DNA of 64,000 nucleotides from assembly GCA_037379345.1 (NCBI GenBank), contig CM074513.1:40234885-40298884 (forward strand). The letters run 5' to 3'. This DNA comes from Perna viridis. Lineage: Eukaryota. Positions 1 to 13,009 of this stretch are shown piece by piece. The notes under the pieces were generated by a model. The model saw nothing but the letters and a program-made list of their open reading frames with translations, was not told the DNA's origin and searched no databases. Every line of letters begins with the position of its first letter. The first letter of the stretch is position 1. Both the position numbers and the translations under genes were made by a program.

Positions 1-1741
1 CAACATGACTTAAAAAAACTTTAAATCTGTAATCAGATATATGATTCTAAGTTCTAAGGGCCATCAGAACAGAGGTATGATTTGAACAACAGACATATAA
101 CTAATCAAATATGAAGTATCAAAATGAAGTACTTACTATGGGAAACACCGGATAATGCCATTAGAAGCCCCGCTGCTAGAGGTGAGGGACCACTAGGTTT
201 TAACTTGTCTAGAGAAAAAAATCTGAATTAGTACCTAGGTTAAAAATACCAATCATATGAAAATTGCACATTTCGGTATGCTGTACACGTGTTTTATGGA
301 TTAAGCTCTCATCATCACCATAAGAACCTAATTCGCAGCAGATATATTACATTGTGTTTAAATATCTTTAATCAAATCCTAAAAATAAATGTTGGGAATT
401 TATGTGCTGTTTTGTATTACAGTTTGGATTCTACTGCATTCTATTGGATCTATTTAGCAATATGTTTCAGCTGCAAAATGTTGATTTAACCGATATACAT
501 AAATCTTTAGTTAATATGTTACCGATTGCTGTTCTGATTTGGTTATAATCAATAGTTGGTTTTAATATCAACTTTGTTTCATCTCCAAAACAGGCCAATC
601 CTACATTGTCTTGAATACCCACTCGTGAGAAGACTTGCTGTAGACCTGAATAAAAAACGTAAATGACAAAAGTAGTTCTGACACATGTTGCAATGTATCT
701 TATCAGATTTAGTTCGTGTTTTTATTTGGTAAGCAATTACTAAGCATTCTCTGATTTTGATCATTATTTAATTATGACTCAAGTCACGCAATAGTAAGTT
801 TCAATGTTCTCGTAAAAACTTATTATGAACTGAAGAATAAAAGAAGAGGACATGCATGGGCAATCAAACTGAAACAAAATGTATGAAATCACAAATTCAA
901 ACACTGTTGAATCCGATCTATATTCAGATCATTGTCTACTTGAGCATGATAAAATCTTGAATGATAAACTATTACAAATGAACGTGATGGACATTTATTT
1001 TGTTTAAATATAAAATCGCACACAAGAGCAAAAGCGTTTTTTTTTATTGAAGGGTCACGAACCGTCTAAGTAGCTTTTAGTTATCTTCAACATAGTGGAG
1101 AATTTTTCCCCACGCATGCTGTCGGAGACATCTAACAACAACATGTAATAATGGCCACGTCCGCCGCTTTGTGTCAATGAATTCACAAGTCCTCCAAAAG
1201 CAACTGAAATGATAAATTAAAATAGCAGAATACTGCTTTAAGGTTAAGTTCATATTGAATTTAATCAGGTAATTGTCCATATATTATGATGAAACGAAAA
1301 GAAGTGGGTTCTTTGATCGATAAATTCTAGTGTTTGAAATAAAAATGGCATGTACAACAATACAATTCAAAGAACTCTGTGTTGTTATTGATAACAATAA
1401 CAATTAAATAAGGATACCTTGCAATTCATTCATTAGGAAAACTTGATGCCACTCCATCAGACTTCGAACTTGTTTTTTACCTTCAAAGTCTGAAAAAAAA
1501 ATGTGTCTTACGTGGAACCTACAAAGATATTTTTTAGATACTGGATATGATATATACATTGATGGTTAATTTTTTATGGTTAAAAAAAACTTGGAAAAAT
1601 AGTAGAAAACGGAAATAAACAAAAAACATGCACAACTAAAAAGAAAGTCATGATATATACTGAAATTAAAAACGAAATAGAACAGAGAAAATAAGCAGTT
1701 AAACACCCATTTAAACTCGAGGCATTTAAAAAGTGCATCGT

Positions 1742-2101
1742 AATTTTTTGCATAAACATTACCCTTCGAGATGCTCATGTTTGCTAGCATAAAGACGGAG
1801 ATCGACAAAACTTGCCTTAAAATAATCCTTTCAACAGTTAATCGAATCAAGTTTAGCATTATAAATGAATAATATAACGAATGTACATTAAGCGTCTTAT
1901 GATAGTTTTATTATTGATGCATAAATTTTTTGCATAAACATTACCCTTCGAGATGCTCATGTTTGCTAGCATAAAGACGGAGATCGACAAAACTTGCCTT
2001 AAAATAATCCTTTCAACAGTTAATCGAATCAAGTTTAGCATTATAAATGAATAATATAACGAATGTACATTAAGCGTCTTATGATAGTTTTATTATTGAT
2101 G
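1742..2101. repeat. Tandem duplication of ~178 bp (period 182)
   Basis: 1742-1919 is repeated, apparently exactly, at 1924-2101 with a CATA spacer. This explains the twin spurious ORFs 1566-1859 and 1859-2041. Confidence 0.95.
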
Positions 2102-2491
2102 AACAACCCACCTCTTTCAGCAATATCAGCCATCGTCATCATCCTTGACGGCATCCTTGCCCCAGGAATATTGTCCTTGGATGAACTGGAAACACGGGGA
2201 ACATTAGCATGACGAGTGCAAAGTATAGTTGCTCGAATCTTTCAAAATGATAATTATTATGAATTCTATATAAAATACTTGATATTGACGACTACTTATG
2301 ATGTCTAGGTGTTGACAAGTTCCTGTACAGCTTTAAAAAGTTTTGTATCACGAAGAAGGCTTACGTTTAAACGTTATAAACAACTAGAAAGACTTGAAAT
2401 CTTTCAATATACTAGTAAATCATTTATATCTTATGATTAATACTTAAAGATTTATTATTAAAAAAAAGATAAATTTAAATAAAACCAATCT

Positions 2492-4783
2492 TTAGATAAC
2501 ATAATGATACCTGCCACTAGGTTCCACAACTACAATATTAGGAGGATCTTCTAAGGTTTGGTTGTCCGGTGTCTGTAAGGCAGAGTCTACTACGTTACCT
2601 TGGAAACATTCAGCTTTCTTGAAGAAACAACCCCTATTGTCATAATTATCATGGGTAGTCCGTCGTTTAAATCCATCAACAGACCTTTTAATCGGAGGAA
2701 GTAAGGATGTATCAATTTGTAGCTTGAGGATTCTTCTTTGACTGTTATTAACTGACTTTTTCGGTGGTGATGTTGGTTTTGGTGAAAGTTTCTTGATATC
2801 ATTTCCCAACTTGAGGCTTTTCGTCACCATTCTCGTTTCCAATGAATGAATCTGAGTATTTTCTCTTTTCTCAATTGTTTCTTTTTGCTTAGTTATTTCT
2901 TTTCTACGATCATAAGATGGTTTATTGTCGTTTTCTTGCTTTTCAATACATATAGTGTCTTCAGGAATGTGGATTTGCATAGCAAGTGTATCAACTTTAT
3001 CTGATATTGACTTCATTATACTTAGGAATGATTTAAGTGTGGTCGAGTTGCGTCGTTTTCTTTCCTCTATCTTTGCAACGCATTTTTCAAAATCTGTTCA
3101 TTAGAATAAAAATTGAACACCCAATTGTGTTGAGAATCGTCATGCAGGATTGTGTTGACGTGTTTGTGGAGAAGAACATATTTTGTTCAATTATAAATCT
3201 CAATTTATTTTTTTAAATACCCGAAAATAAAATTTCTATTTCATTTCATAAATCGAAAAAATGAAAGCTTTTTAATGCATAAGAAAATAACTAACTGTAA
3301 AGTCAAGTAAAACACGTCTTTATAGGTTATAGAGGTATCATATCTACAAATACCGAATGTGAAGTCTACTCTACCAGACAAGTGATCGACGATCGTTAGT
3401 AAATGTAACGTTCCAGTCTATGAGGTATCCAAATCATAAAAATTCATCTACGATCTTTTCAATAAAAAACAAAAAGATAAACATGCAATTGATTATAAAA
3501 AAACAACATTAACAAACCTTTTATTTTCTCTGTTCCCATAGACAGCATGCTATTTCTGAAATACATATCAAAGTTCAAAGGAAATAGAATAAAATAAAAT
3601 GATTATTAAACACTATAAATAAGACAATTACTACTCTCTTAAAACAAAATGGTTTCAAATTAGAATCATACATTATACTGTCACAAATATTCCCGAGGTT
3701 AAATTTAACCATATTTATATAGATAATATTACTAATCCATAATGTATGGGTACAATACTAACCTAGTTGTATTAGAGGACTCAATTCTGTTTTTTATCTG
3801 TTGATGCTTATCATTTACATCGTCCAGCATCACGCTGATATTTTCAATCTTTAAAAGAAGGCACATTATTCCCCAACTGACGAGTGACCAAAAACGTCAA
3901 ATCATCTGATAACTGATGTATAGTGTCTGCCAATATTTTGACTAAATTTAAATAATTGCACATTAAGATCATTCTTTTCGATGACTTATTCATATTATAC
4001 TATTAAATACATTCTGTGTAAGAATCAGGCAATGGATGGCACATCATAATTTTCAATTCTTTTTTTTTGCCTTAAATATATTCAATACATCTAGAAAACA
4101 ACTGAACAGCTATTTAAATTTATCCCGAAGCATCTGTGACATAGATATGTTTTGACTGATTATATAAGGAAAACGTGCAGGAAAATTTTAGTGAATTTAA
4201 ACTAAATTTGACCTATCAATGTTTTAAAAAGGCAAACTTTAAAAATACTTTGACAGTGATTTCTTGGGGTTTCGAGGTATAAATACTTGGATAATGCAAT
4301 AAAATCTCTGTGTATTTTTTCTTCCTGTGCCACACCTTATACACATTTTGCCTGATTCTTAGACGGAGGAGTACTTAAGTACTATTGTCATCACCATGAT
4401 ATTACTGACCAATAGAATTTTCATTATAGTGTTTTACTATGATTAGCGTCCCCCAATTGCACGTTTAAAACTTATAGATGTCTTCCACCGTACTTTATCT
4501 TGAGCAACGACTTCTTACCCTTCTGGAACACTTAAGTTCGACTAGGGTTCGTTTTTTATTCTTTTTTATTGTACGTTTTGTTTTTCATTTGTTTTAATTT
4601 TGGTGTGTCCGAACTTACATAATTTGGTTTTTTTTTGGTATAGAAAATTGCCGAAAGATTAACTAAAGATTTGATGTCAAAGGTCATATTGAAACCCATG
4701 AAAACGCTGTCTTCTCGTTTGTGATTTTGTTTTTATTTATATATATATTAAACGTTTACCGTTTCTTCGATGACGGAAGTCAT
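2492..4783 (-). CDS. Spliced orphan gene, 249 aa, N-terminal coiled-coil-like region and low-complexity C-terminus; coding exons 4783-4760, 3848-3763, 3555-3518, 3093-2492
   Basis: All introns are GT-AG with compatible phases (0, 2, 1). The joined frame is open: MTSVIEET-IENISVMLDDVNDKHQQIKNRIESSNTTR-NSMLSMGTEKIK-DFEKCVAKIEERKRRNSTT... and continues into the 174-aa ORF. Confidence 0.8.
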
Positions 4784-6020
4784 TTCATTTTATTTCCATC
4801 CGCTCCAAGTTAAATAATGGAAAACTGTCACTTGAATAAAAAAGGAATCACTTAGAATTACTAAAAATTTATATAATATGAACATGTATGATATAGGAAA
4901 GCATTAAAAAAATAATATAATGTTCTAATAGTCCCCATGTTAAATTATAACGATAAAATGGCGTTAATATTTCAATTATATTAACATGTCAATAAAATTA
5001 AAATAATGAATATTATTACGCGTAAGACATGACTTAAACAGAAAACAACGATTTAACATATAATGGCGTGGTCTGATTTCAGTTCTGCTGTTTGCTCAGC
5101 CGAAGTAGCTTAGCTTATCTTATGTCGATTGCTCTATATCATATTTACACTTTTCCTTTAATATTTGAATATAAACATGAGTCATGACAATTGACTTTCG
5201 TTTTTGTGGAAAATTTAATTCCCCATCATAAGTAACTTATTATCAAATTGGCCTTTTTTTCGATATGTTTTCATAAGAATTTAATATGTACATTTAGACC
5301 CACATGTAAATTTGCAATTACATATCTTATAGAAGAAAATAACTTACAATTACATTCATAACGTTTTTAAGTTATACTTCCTATTTCCTAAAATAGTTTA
5401 TAAACTTTATACGTGACGTCATAGCTTATTATATATGGTTTACTCACAAGCTTTTCAAAATATTTCTTCGAATTTTAGTGAAATATGAAAGAGGGCAACC
5501 ATTTCAAAATTTAAGGCACCAACATTATAAATATTGGTACGTTGAACTGATTGTGTTAGACTGCTTTAAAATTGAGATAGGCCACCGAACTTCATCTTGA
5601 CATAACTAGTGTTGAAGCATTTTATTTAAAGATATAGGGATATATTTTTTCAAACTAAACGAATTATTTCCATACATTCATGAATAAATTATGAAAAAGA
5701 ATTGTTATATCACATAATTTCATGACTGCAAAAGAAATTATGTTGATCTTATAAACAAATATTACCAGTACAAATATATAGTGCCGAATACATTAATATC
5801 TCTTTTGCAAAAAGTTTATATATTTTGTTTATCTTTTGGTAATTGTAATCCTACATGTTTTATGTTTTGTACGTCATTTATCGTACTATCTAGATGACAG
5901 GTGCGTAAGAAATTGCCACATTGAGGGTTGAAAAAAACAAATGTATTCTGCTGTGCTACTATTACGATTAAGAAATAAACTTTCCAAATATTTGATTCTA
6001 ATGCTGCTGATGAGAAAGGG

Positions 6021-6720
6021 TAATCAAGGGAACCAATATTCTAGCGGAAATCAAAAGAATGTAATCCAGGGACATAGATTAGACATGGAAAACAGACACA
6101 CACAACAAAGAACATAAAATAACCAGAATAATATGTACAAAGCAACAAAAGTACATGAGCAACTCGGACTCCACCAAAAATTGGGGGCATGGAGCAGGTG
6201 CACCTGTAGGGTTAGTTCCGAGCTGCTCATAAAAAGTCAAGTCCTATGTAGACGGATGAGGAAAGGAAAACTACGACACGTTGAACAAGTCGATTCTCAT
6301 GGTGCATATAGATACACTGTAACGCTCCATAAAACGTCTGTGGTGATGATTTCAATCTTGTAATAACATAATCCTGTTCCAAAAGCCTTATTGTTAGAAG
6401 TCGTGCGCGGTACTAAAAGTCTGCATTAGTAGTACAAATCCAGTTTTGTTAAAGGCTTTGTACACTGGGACAACACATTTCTCATGAAAGTAGCAAATAC
6501 AAATTCTGGCATAGCGTATGAGTTGTGATATGAATACCCCATATGCAGGTCCTTGAAGGATATTGCCACAGATGAAAGGAAAGTGGAGGATACGGAATCA
6601 AAAGTCATTTGCCGTATAGTTTGGTCAATAGTTTTTTCTTTACCATTGATCTCTTAGTGTAGGTAAAATTATGAGGCAGTGTCTGTAGTATCCTTTGTCT
6701 CAAGTACTTCGGGCTAGATG
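6021..6720 (-). mobile_element. Decayed Penelope-like retroelement: RT C-terminal remnant plus 3' tail
   Basis: Frameshifted minus-strand remnants resemble the PLE RT thumb (KDTTDT...KLY.K.DDFD....FPFICGNI...AYGVFISQLIRYAR...TRLKSS.Q.F). They are followed by the AATCAAGGGAACC-type tail seen at many other sites. Confidence 0.7.
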
Positions 6721-9634
6721 CGATGTATAATTATTCTTTGAAAACTGGGTACAGTGTTGCAATATCTATATGATTTGTATGATTTGTTTTTTATTCAACA
6801 TTAGTAGTACAAATTCAGTTTTGTTAAAGGCTTTGTACACTGGGACAATACATTTCTCATGAAGGGAGCAAATACACTTTGAAGCGTCTTTGCCAATGAA
6901 TACAGACTTAGGTCTATCAGTCCTCCAGTGTTGCAGGTTTAAAATATGACCGTTCTACTGAATACTTAGCTGCTTTTACCCATCAAGACAATGAGTCAAT
7001 TTCTTGTTCTTATATAGGCTCTTGAATAACCATAGACTGCATCCATGATTTTTTAACTATGGTGCCAGTTTATTTGTTACTGTTATCTGAACTTCGAGGG
7101 TTAAGAGGTATGCCTCTTTTTGTTAGTACTGTGATGTTTGTTTATAGTTGAAAATTTAACAGGCAAATTGTGTTATTGTAACTGTAGGAGATTAATAGGA
7201 AATGATTGATTTTTTAAATAAGACAGTATTTTTTTCATTATTTTTTTTCGTATAGAATTTTGCTGATGTTGATCAAAACGATACCTTTATTTTCGAATGT
7301 ATAATAAGTATACGTTGAAATTCGGATATTTTAAATACCAGTTAAAAGAAAGGAACAAAGGAATTATGAAATTTAAGTATGGTTCTGTCTAAAAACCAAG
7401 TGTTAATATCTCAAATGGACAACTTTCATTTAAATTTTTATAATTGAATACAGTTTGTATGAGGCCTTCTCAAGGATTTCAAATAAAACATATTTGGTAT
7501 TTAAAAATTCATAAATCACTTATTATAAGCTTCTGTCTGGCTTTAAGGCAGAGCTACACTTAAGATTTCTATAAAAGGTGTATGAAAATTCATCCACATA
7601 TCACACAGTCTCTGTATTTAGTCTAACTCATCCCCAAGGAATTCATCCAAATAGTTTTGAAGATAATCGTCTGCTGCTCTTAGCATTTGTCGCAGATTGT
7701 GAAGCGCGAGAATGTTAATGTTAGTCGTAATTTTCTGTTCATGATCGATGTTTTTTATTGGAAGAACCGTATAAGGTGTTAGTCGAAGAGCATGCGCCAA
7801 TTTTTCAGCTCTTTCCTTGACTTCTTGACTGTGGAATACTGTGGAAAGATCTCCTTTAACCGATTCAGATATACCGTCGATTTTGTTCATCAAAATAAGC
7901 TGAGGAATGCCTAAATAATACAAAAAATTATAAACAAAGCAATACCTCTTATAATTTTTTTATCCAAGATTAATAAGAAATATAGTATTTTGTTTGAAGC
8001 ACACATTCAGTTTTAATGGATTATAATGTATCATATTCAGCATAGTTTGAAGGCAATTAGACTTCATATATTTTCTAAGAGTTTAATGTATTCATTAGAG
8101 TGGCGTATGCAATTTCTGTCAAGGATACGTCAAGATTTCGTAGACGGACAGACGTAAAAGGTACAAAAATGTTCTTGTTTTACATATTTCTGAAAAAATA
8201 ATAATATTTTACCTTTGAGATTCATCAAATCTTGTATTTTCTTTATTTGTTCATGCACGTGTTCTGTCGTAGGATAGTCAGGATCGTTATTAGCATCAAC
8301 AACAAGAGCTACACAATGAATTCTGTCATGCATCTTAGGGTCCCTTCTGTAGTATGGATTTTCTTTAGTGATATGCATTTTGTCTGTAAACTACAAGTAT
8401 GGTGTCAAAACATCTTATTCAAACGTCGTGTTATGTTGTTGTTTATAATTTTTCCCCAATTTTCCTTTCATAACAACATAAACGCATACCAGGAAATTTT
8501 GCTAAATGTTTTAAAAGAAAATTATCGAACGTTTTAAGTTAAAGTTGAGAGACTTTGGGCTTTCCGAAATTTTTATATAAAAGTATATACATATACATAA
8601 ACAAACAAATGTATAATCATAAATTACTTTATTCTCTCTTCACATAAGTTTTCCGTTATGCATAATAATAATTTCTCATCTCAACGAACTTCGACAACTC
8701 AAAGTTTAATATAGGGGATGACTTTTGACTACTAGAATTCAACCCCATTTATTATGAACTATAATTGTATTCTCCTTTAACCTGAACAAATACATTTTCT
8801 CTAAAACTGTGAATAAATATTCCGAATTTGTTTACAAAATTGCGACCCCTCTGAATATCAAAAAGTCCTTGGCTTTGAACTTAATGTTTTCCAAAGAACT
8901 CGCATGTCATGGTTAATATAATGCATATGCAAAACAATGTGCTTATACTGAAGAAGTTTGCAAATGTATTTATATGCCCAATAGGACAAAGCAACCTGCA
9001 ATGAATGTGTGTCTTCTAATCAGTATATTCCTTTAAAGGAAAAATTAGAATTAAAATAATACAGATCATCTCGAAAAGTTTACATATACAGAGCTGTATC
9101 ATTTACCATGTATTTATTCTTTACATGTCCATCAAGGATGCATTCTATATCATTCAGCTCTCTACGCCTTGAGCATCTTCAAATCCTTTGCAGTCACATA
9201 TTCTAAATTTCAATCTTTTCCCGTTTGAGACTATTGGATAAACATTGAACTACAAAAAGGAATATGATAAAGACTTCACCAAAATTAAGCAAGTAAAAGA
9301 AATCATTTGGTTTTGGTAAAAAGTTATAGACTTGTTACAATTCAGGTGCCTCGAGTAGGTTGTATTTCAAAAAAATATCAAATGAAATGCGTTGCTTTTT
9401 GAAATACGGGCTAATTATTTAAACGAAGGTGGCGCGAATTACAATGACTGAACATGAATGAAGCACTCACAAGATATCATCAAACTTAAATAGAGACTGG
9501 AATTCACAATCAAATAATGCGTTAAGTTTATCGTAAAGTTAAGGTGAAAAACAACATGTGTGAATATGTTTAAAACAACCAATGCCATATCTAGCGTGTG
9601 TCAAAATGGTGTTACAAGAAATAAAGCAGCTCAC

Positions 9635-9847
9635 CGCTTTTGTAAGACTCGTATCAGAACTGCCTGCACGTGCTTGAATCGAGAGTCTTCCACGGAAGAA
9701 GGAATTAATGGTGTTAAAGAAACTTGACTTTCCTGCACCAACAGGACCAATTAACAGTATATTGACATATTGAATAGCATTTTCGGCGACTCCCATTTCT
9801 TTAAGTGGCCAGTATTCGTCGATTTCTTTTTTGATACTCTGAAGCAA
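9635..9847 (-). CDS. IFI44L: IFI44-like P-loop exon
   Basis: Walker A GPVGAGKSS; cag| acceptor and |gtgag donor; 71 codons. Confidence 0.9.
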
Positions 9848-10929
9848 CTGAATAAAACAAATATTTAATAAATTACTTGATTACTAAACAAAAGGTGATA
9901 TGTACATTGCTGAAGATGGATCATGCCTGGTTAAATCAACAACAGTCCTTCATCATAAAGATCTTGGAAATTTGATTTTTCTAGCTACTAGATTTCATTG
10001 ATAATCATTTGCATGATAGTCTAAATAAAATGTAATTTGCGTGATTATGTACAAATATTAATCATATGATAAATCGATTCAATCATTTTTGTTAACAATA
10101 TAATTTTGTAAGTAGAAACATACAAATATCATATCTAAATGATGCGGAGTCATACTTCATTACATTTTGCACATTTAGGTTACATTAGGCAATTGTTACC
10201 TGGATGCTGGAAAATGTCAGATGACGTTCTACAAAAAATATTCTGAAATTTCCAAGAAGACCTGATTTTATTATAAGGCGGGATATATCGCTTTTTTTGG
10301 AAAATTATTCCACAAAGGAGTAAAATAACCGTAGCAAAAGTACAAGGATTTATGAGCAGATCAGAGTGTTACAAATGTCATTATAGAAAAAAATTCATTT
10401 TTTTTATTTCGCTGTTTGATTCTAAAATATTAATGTAGATGATACCTGTAACACTATTTACGAAAAAAAATATATACCGTGACCTTTTTCAGAATTTTAG
10501 AAGTTAATAGAGGTTTTTGCGCCTAAACCTTGTTTGACCACCTTTGAGTAATGACAGATACAACTACTTTGTTAATGCCATGATAAAATGTACAGAATAC
10601 TTATTTTTCTATTTAAGGAATCGTACAGGAGCCAACCACGGCTTTTATACTTCGAGGTTATGGACAAACCGTTCTTCGAATTAGAGTTTTCCGAGTCAAG
10701 TAAAACAAAATATCCTGAGGGTATGGGGTCTATCATCACACATTGATCGTTGATGTTTTTTTCCATGACCTGATCACATTTCCCTTCGAAAGGATCAGAG
10801 ATTAATTGAAGAACGAAAGTAATAATAAAAAAAACATTGTTTTAGTAAGGGTTTCAATACTGCTAAATAAATTGTTACCTCGGCGTTCCAAACAGGAAAA
10901 TCAAGTTCTCTCCAAGGTCTCACCATTTA

Positions 10930-11396
10930 GGTTACAGACCACCAATTCAACCAATGAGCATTCGGAACGTACGCAAAAATAGTCCTACGCAGAAATTACC
11001 CCTGTTCCTCATAGTGCTGTGAAAAAAGTTCTCATCTCATTTAAAAAATTTAAACAGTTTCTGAAAGGAAAAACATTTCTGTACATTTTATATGTGCATT
11101 TTGCTTCTTGTGATGTGAAGCCTAATCTCCATAATGATTTCTAAATATACCCTTATCTTGTGAAAACACTGGGATTTCCCATGCTATTTATAGACACTTC
11201 ACTTCCGGTGACCAGTACTGCACTGCAAGTCTGCTAACCCCACATGCCATTCTGAGGATTGTGAGCTGACATATGTAGAATCATGCTGATATATAGTCAT
11301 CTGCAGGTTAAAGTTAAGGTAAAGTCCAGAGAAGCCATTGAATATTGTGAAATTAGCATAGAAGCCTATGGGAAGTGGAATTAGTGGTTTTTAGCC
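10930..11396 (+). repeat. Long terminal direct repeat 1 (467 bp)
   Basis: Matches 12271-12737. Confidence 0.95.
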
Positions 11397-12270
11397 TTAA
11401 GCAGAGGACATGGCAAAATGATAAGTTTCTTGGAATAGCTTTAAACTACTTGGAGATCTTGTAAACTTTGCTATGAGAGGAATACACTACAAAAATCCTT
11501 CAAAATATGCATTTTTTTAAGTTATTGGTCCAAATTATGGAAAATTGGTCTTTTTGGCTGAATTTTATGTCCTATCTTGTGAAAAGTGTAGAAAATTTAA
11601 TGAAAATATCAAATATTTAACTTTGAGGGCTATATTTACTTAAATATGGTGGTAATCAGCACTTGAAATCAAGTTTTGTGTAAATTTGAGCAAAAATTTG
11701 ATTAGAAATGAGGAAAAACTCACTTTCATTACTGCGGTTAAGGACATATAAGCATTTCCCTATGACAACATGGAAAATGCAGTTTTGAGTACTTTTTTTG
11801 CTTTAGGTGCCCTTTACTTGTCATGTTTTATTGTGAAAACACTGTATTTACAAATTTAAAGCCAAAGATATCACCTTTTGCGAAAATTTAAAGAATTAGG
11901 GTTTTTGACATGTGATCAAGAAAAAGGGGGAGGCATGTCAGACATAAATTTTTAAAAATAGACTAATTTTTCAGAAAATGACTACTTTTAAAGGCTATCT
12001 CTTTATTAATATTGTAAGAAAACAAGTTGTGATTGATTTTTTTTATTTGAAAAGTCAGAAAAAGTTCTTTGCAAATATTAAATGCATTTAAGTATGGTAG
12101 AATATTGTCACTTTTTTGCTCGCGCAACTTGGTTACCCTATATTTAAAAATCAAATATTTAAAAAAGTGCTTGTCACATTTCACTGAAACTTTGCAAATG
12201 CATTCAGTATGTGTATAGGAAGATACTTGTGTAGTTATTTATTTTTTCTAAGACAGAAAGTGACTCTTTA

Positions 12271-12737
12271 GGTTACAGACCACCAATTCAACCAATGAGC
12301 ATTCGGAACGTACGCAAAAATAGTCCTACGCAGAAATTACCCCTGTTCCTCATAGTGCTGTGAAAAAAGTTCTCATCTCATTTAAAAAATTTAAACAGTT
12401 TCTGAAAGGAAAAACATTTCTGTACATTTTATATGTGCATTTTGCTTCTTGTGATGTGAAGCCTAATCTCCATAATGATTTCTAAATATACCCTTATCTT
12501 GTGAAAACACTGGGATTTCCCATGCTATTTATAGACACTTCACTTCCGGTGACCAGTACTGCACTGCAAGTCTGCTAACCCCACATGCCATTCTGAGGAT
12601 TGTGAGCTGACATATGTAGAATCATGCTGATATATAGTCATCTGCAGGTTAAAGTTAAGGTAAAGTCCAGAGAAGCCATTGAATATTGTGAAATTAGCAT
12701 AGAAGCCTATGGGAAGTGGAATTAGTGGTTTTTAGCC
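12271..12737 (+). repeat. Long terminal direct repeat 2 (467 bp)
   Basis: Matches 10930-11396. Confidence 0.95.
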
Positions 12738-13009
12738 TTAAGGTTTCTTCTGTTACATCTGTTAAATTAATCAAAGGAAAGTATTTGTCATAAATGATTT
12801 TATGCATGATATCGTTATTGCATTTAAGTACAAAGCCATATCAAATTCAAATACTCCCAAATATTAGTTGTGCAGAAACCCCACCAAACAATCGATGTGT
12901 TTTTTCAATCTAAACACACTATATTGTTATGTAACTATGGTTCTTTCTGACCACAGATGTGTATTTTTTTTTGTAGGGGGGGGGGGGCACTCATTCATTT
13001 CTCAATTAA

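Larger units (their letters stand above)
10930..12737. mobile_element. Non-autonomous KolobokP-type composite DNA transposon (LTDR-INT-LTDR)
   Basis: Direct repeats 10930-11396 and 12271-12737 are 467 bp each with no difference found by eye. Each is bounded by imperfect TIRs (GGTTACAGACCACCAATTC / GAATTAGTGGTTTTTAGCC), preceded by TTTA and followed by TTAA. The 874-bp internal region has no long ORF. Removing the element restores a coding exon at a TTAA site. Confidence 0.85.

Noticed and set aside
579-2240. A further minus-strand gene from exon-like patches (~600-650, ~2110-2240)
   Set aside because: No consistent spliced ORF or recognisable motif could be assembled.
6007-6020. Hammerhead core CTGATGA next to the PLE tail
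   Set aside because: No stem II or properly placed GAAA, and it is absent from the other copies.
10930-12737. LTR retrotransposon or TRIM
   Set aside because: The ends are GG...CC with TIRs and TTAA-type junctions, not TG...CA with PBS/PPT.
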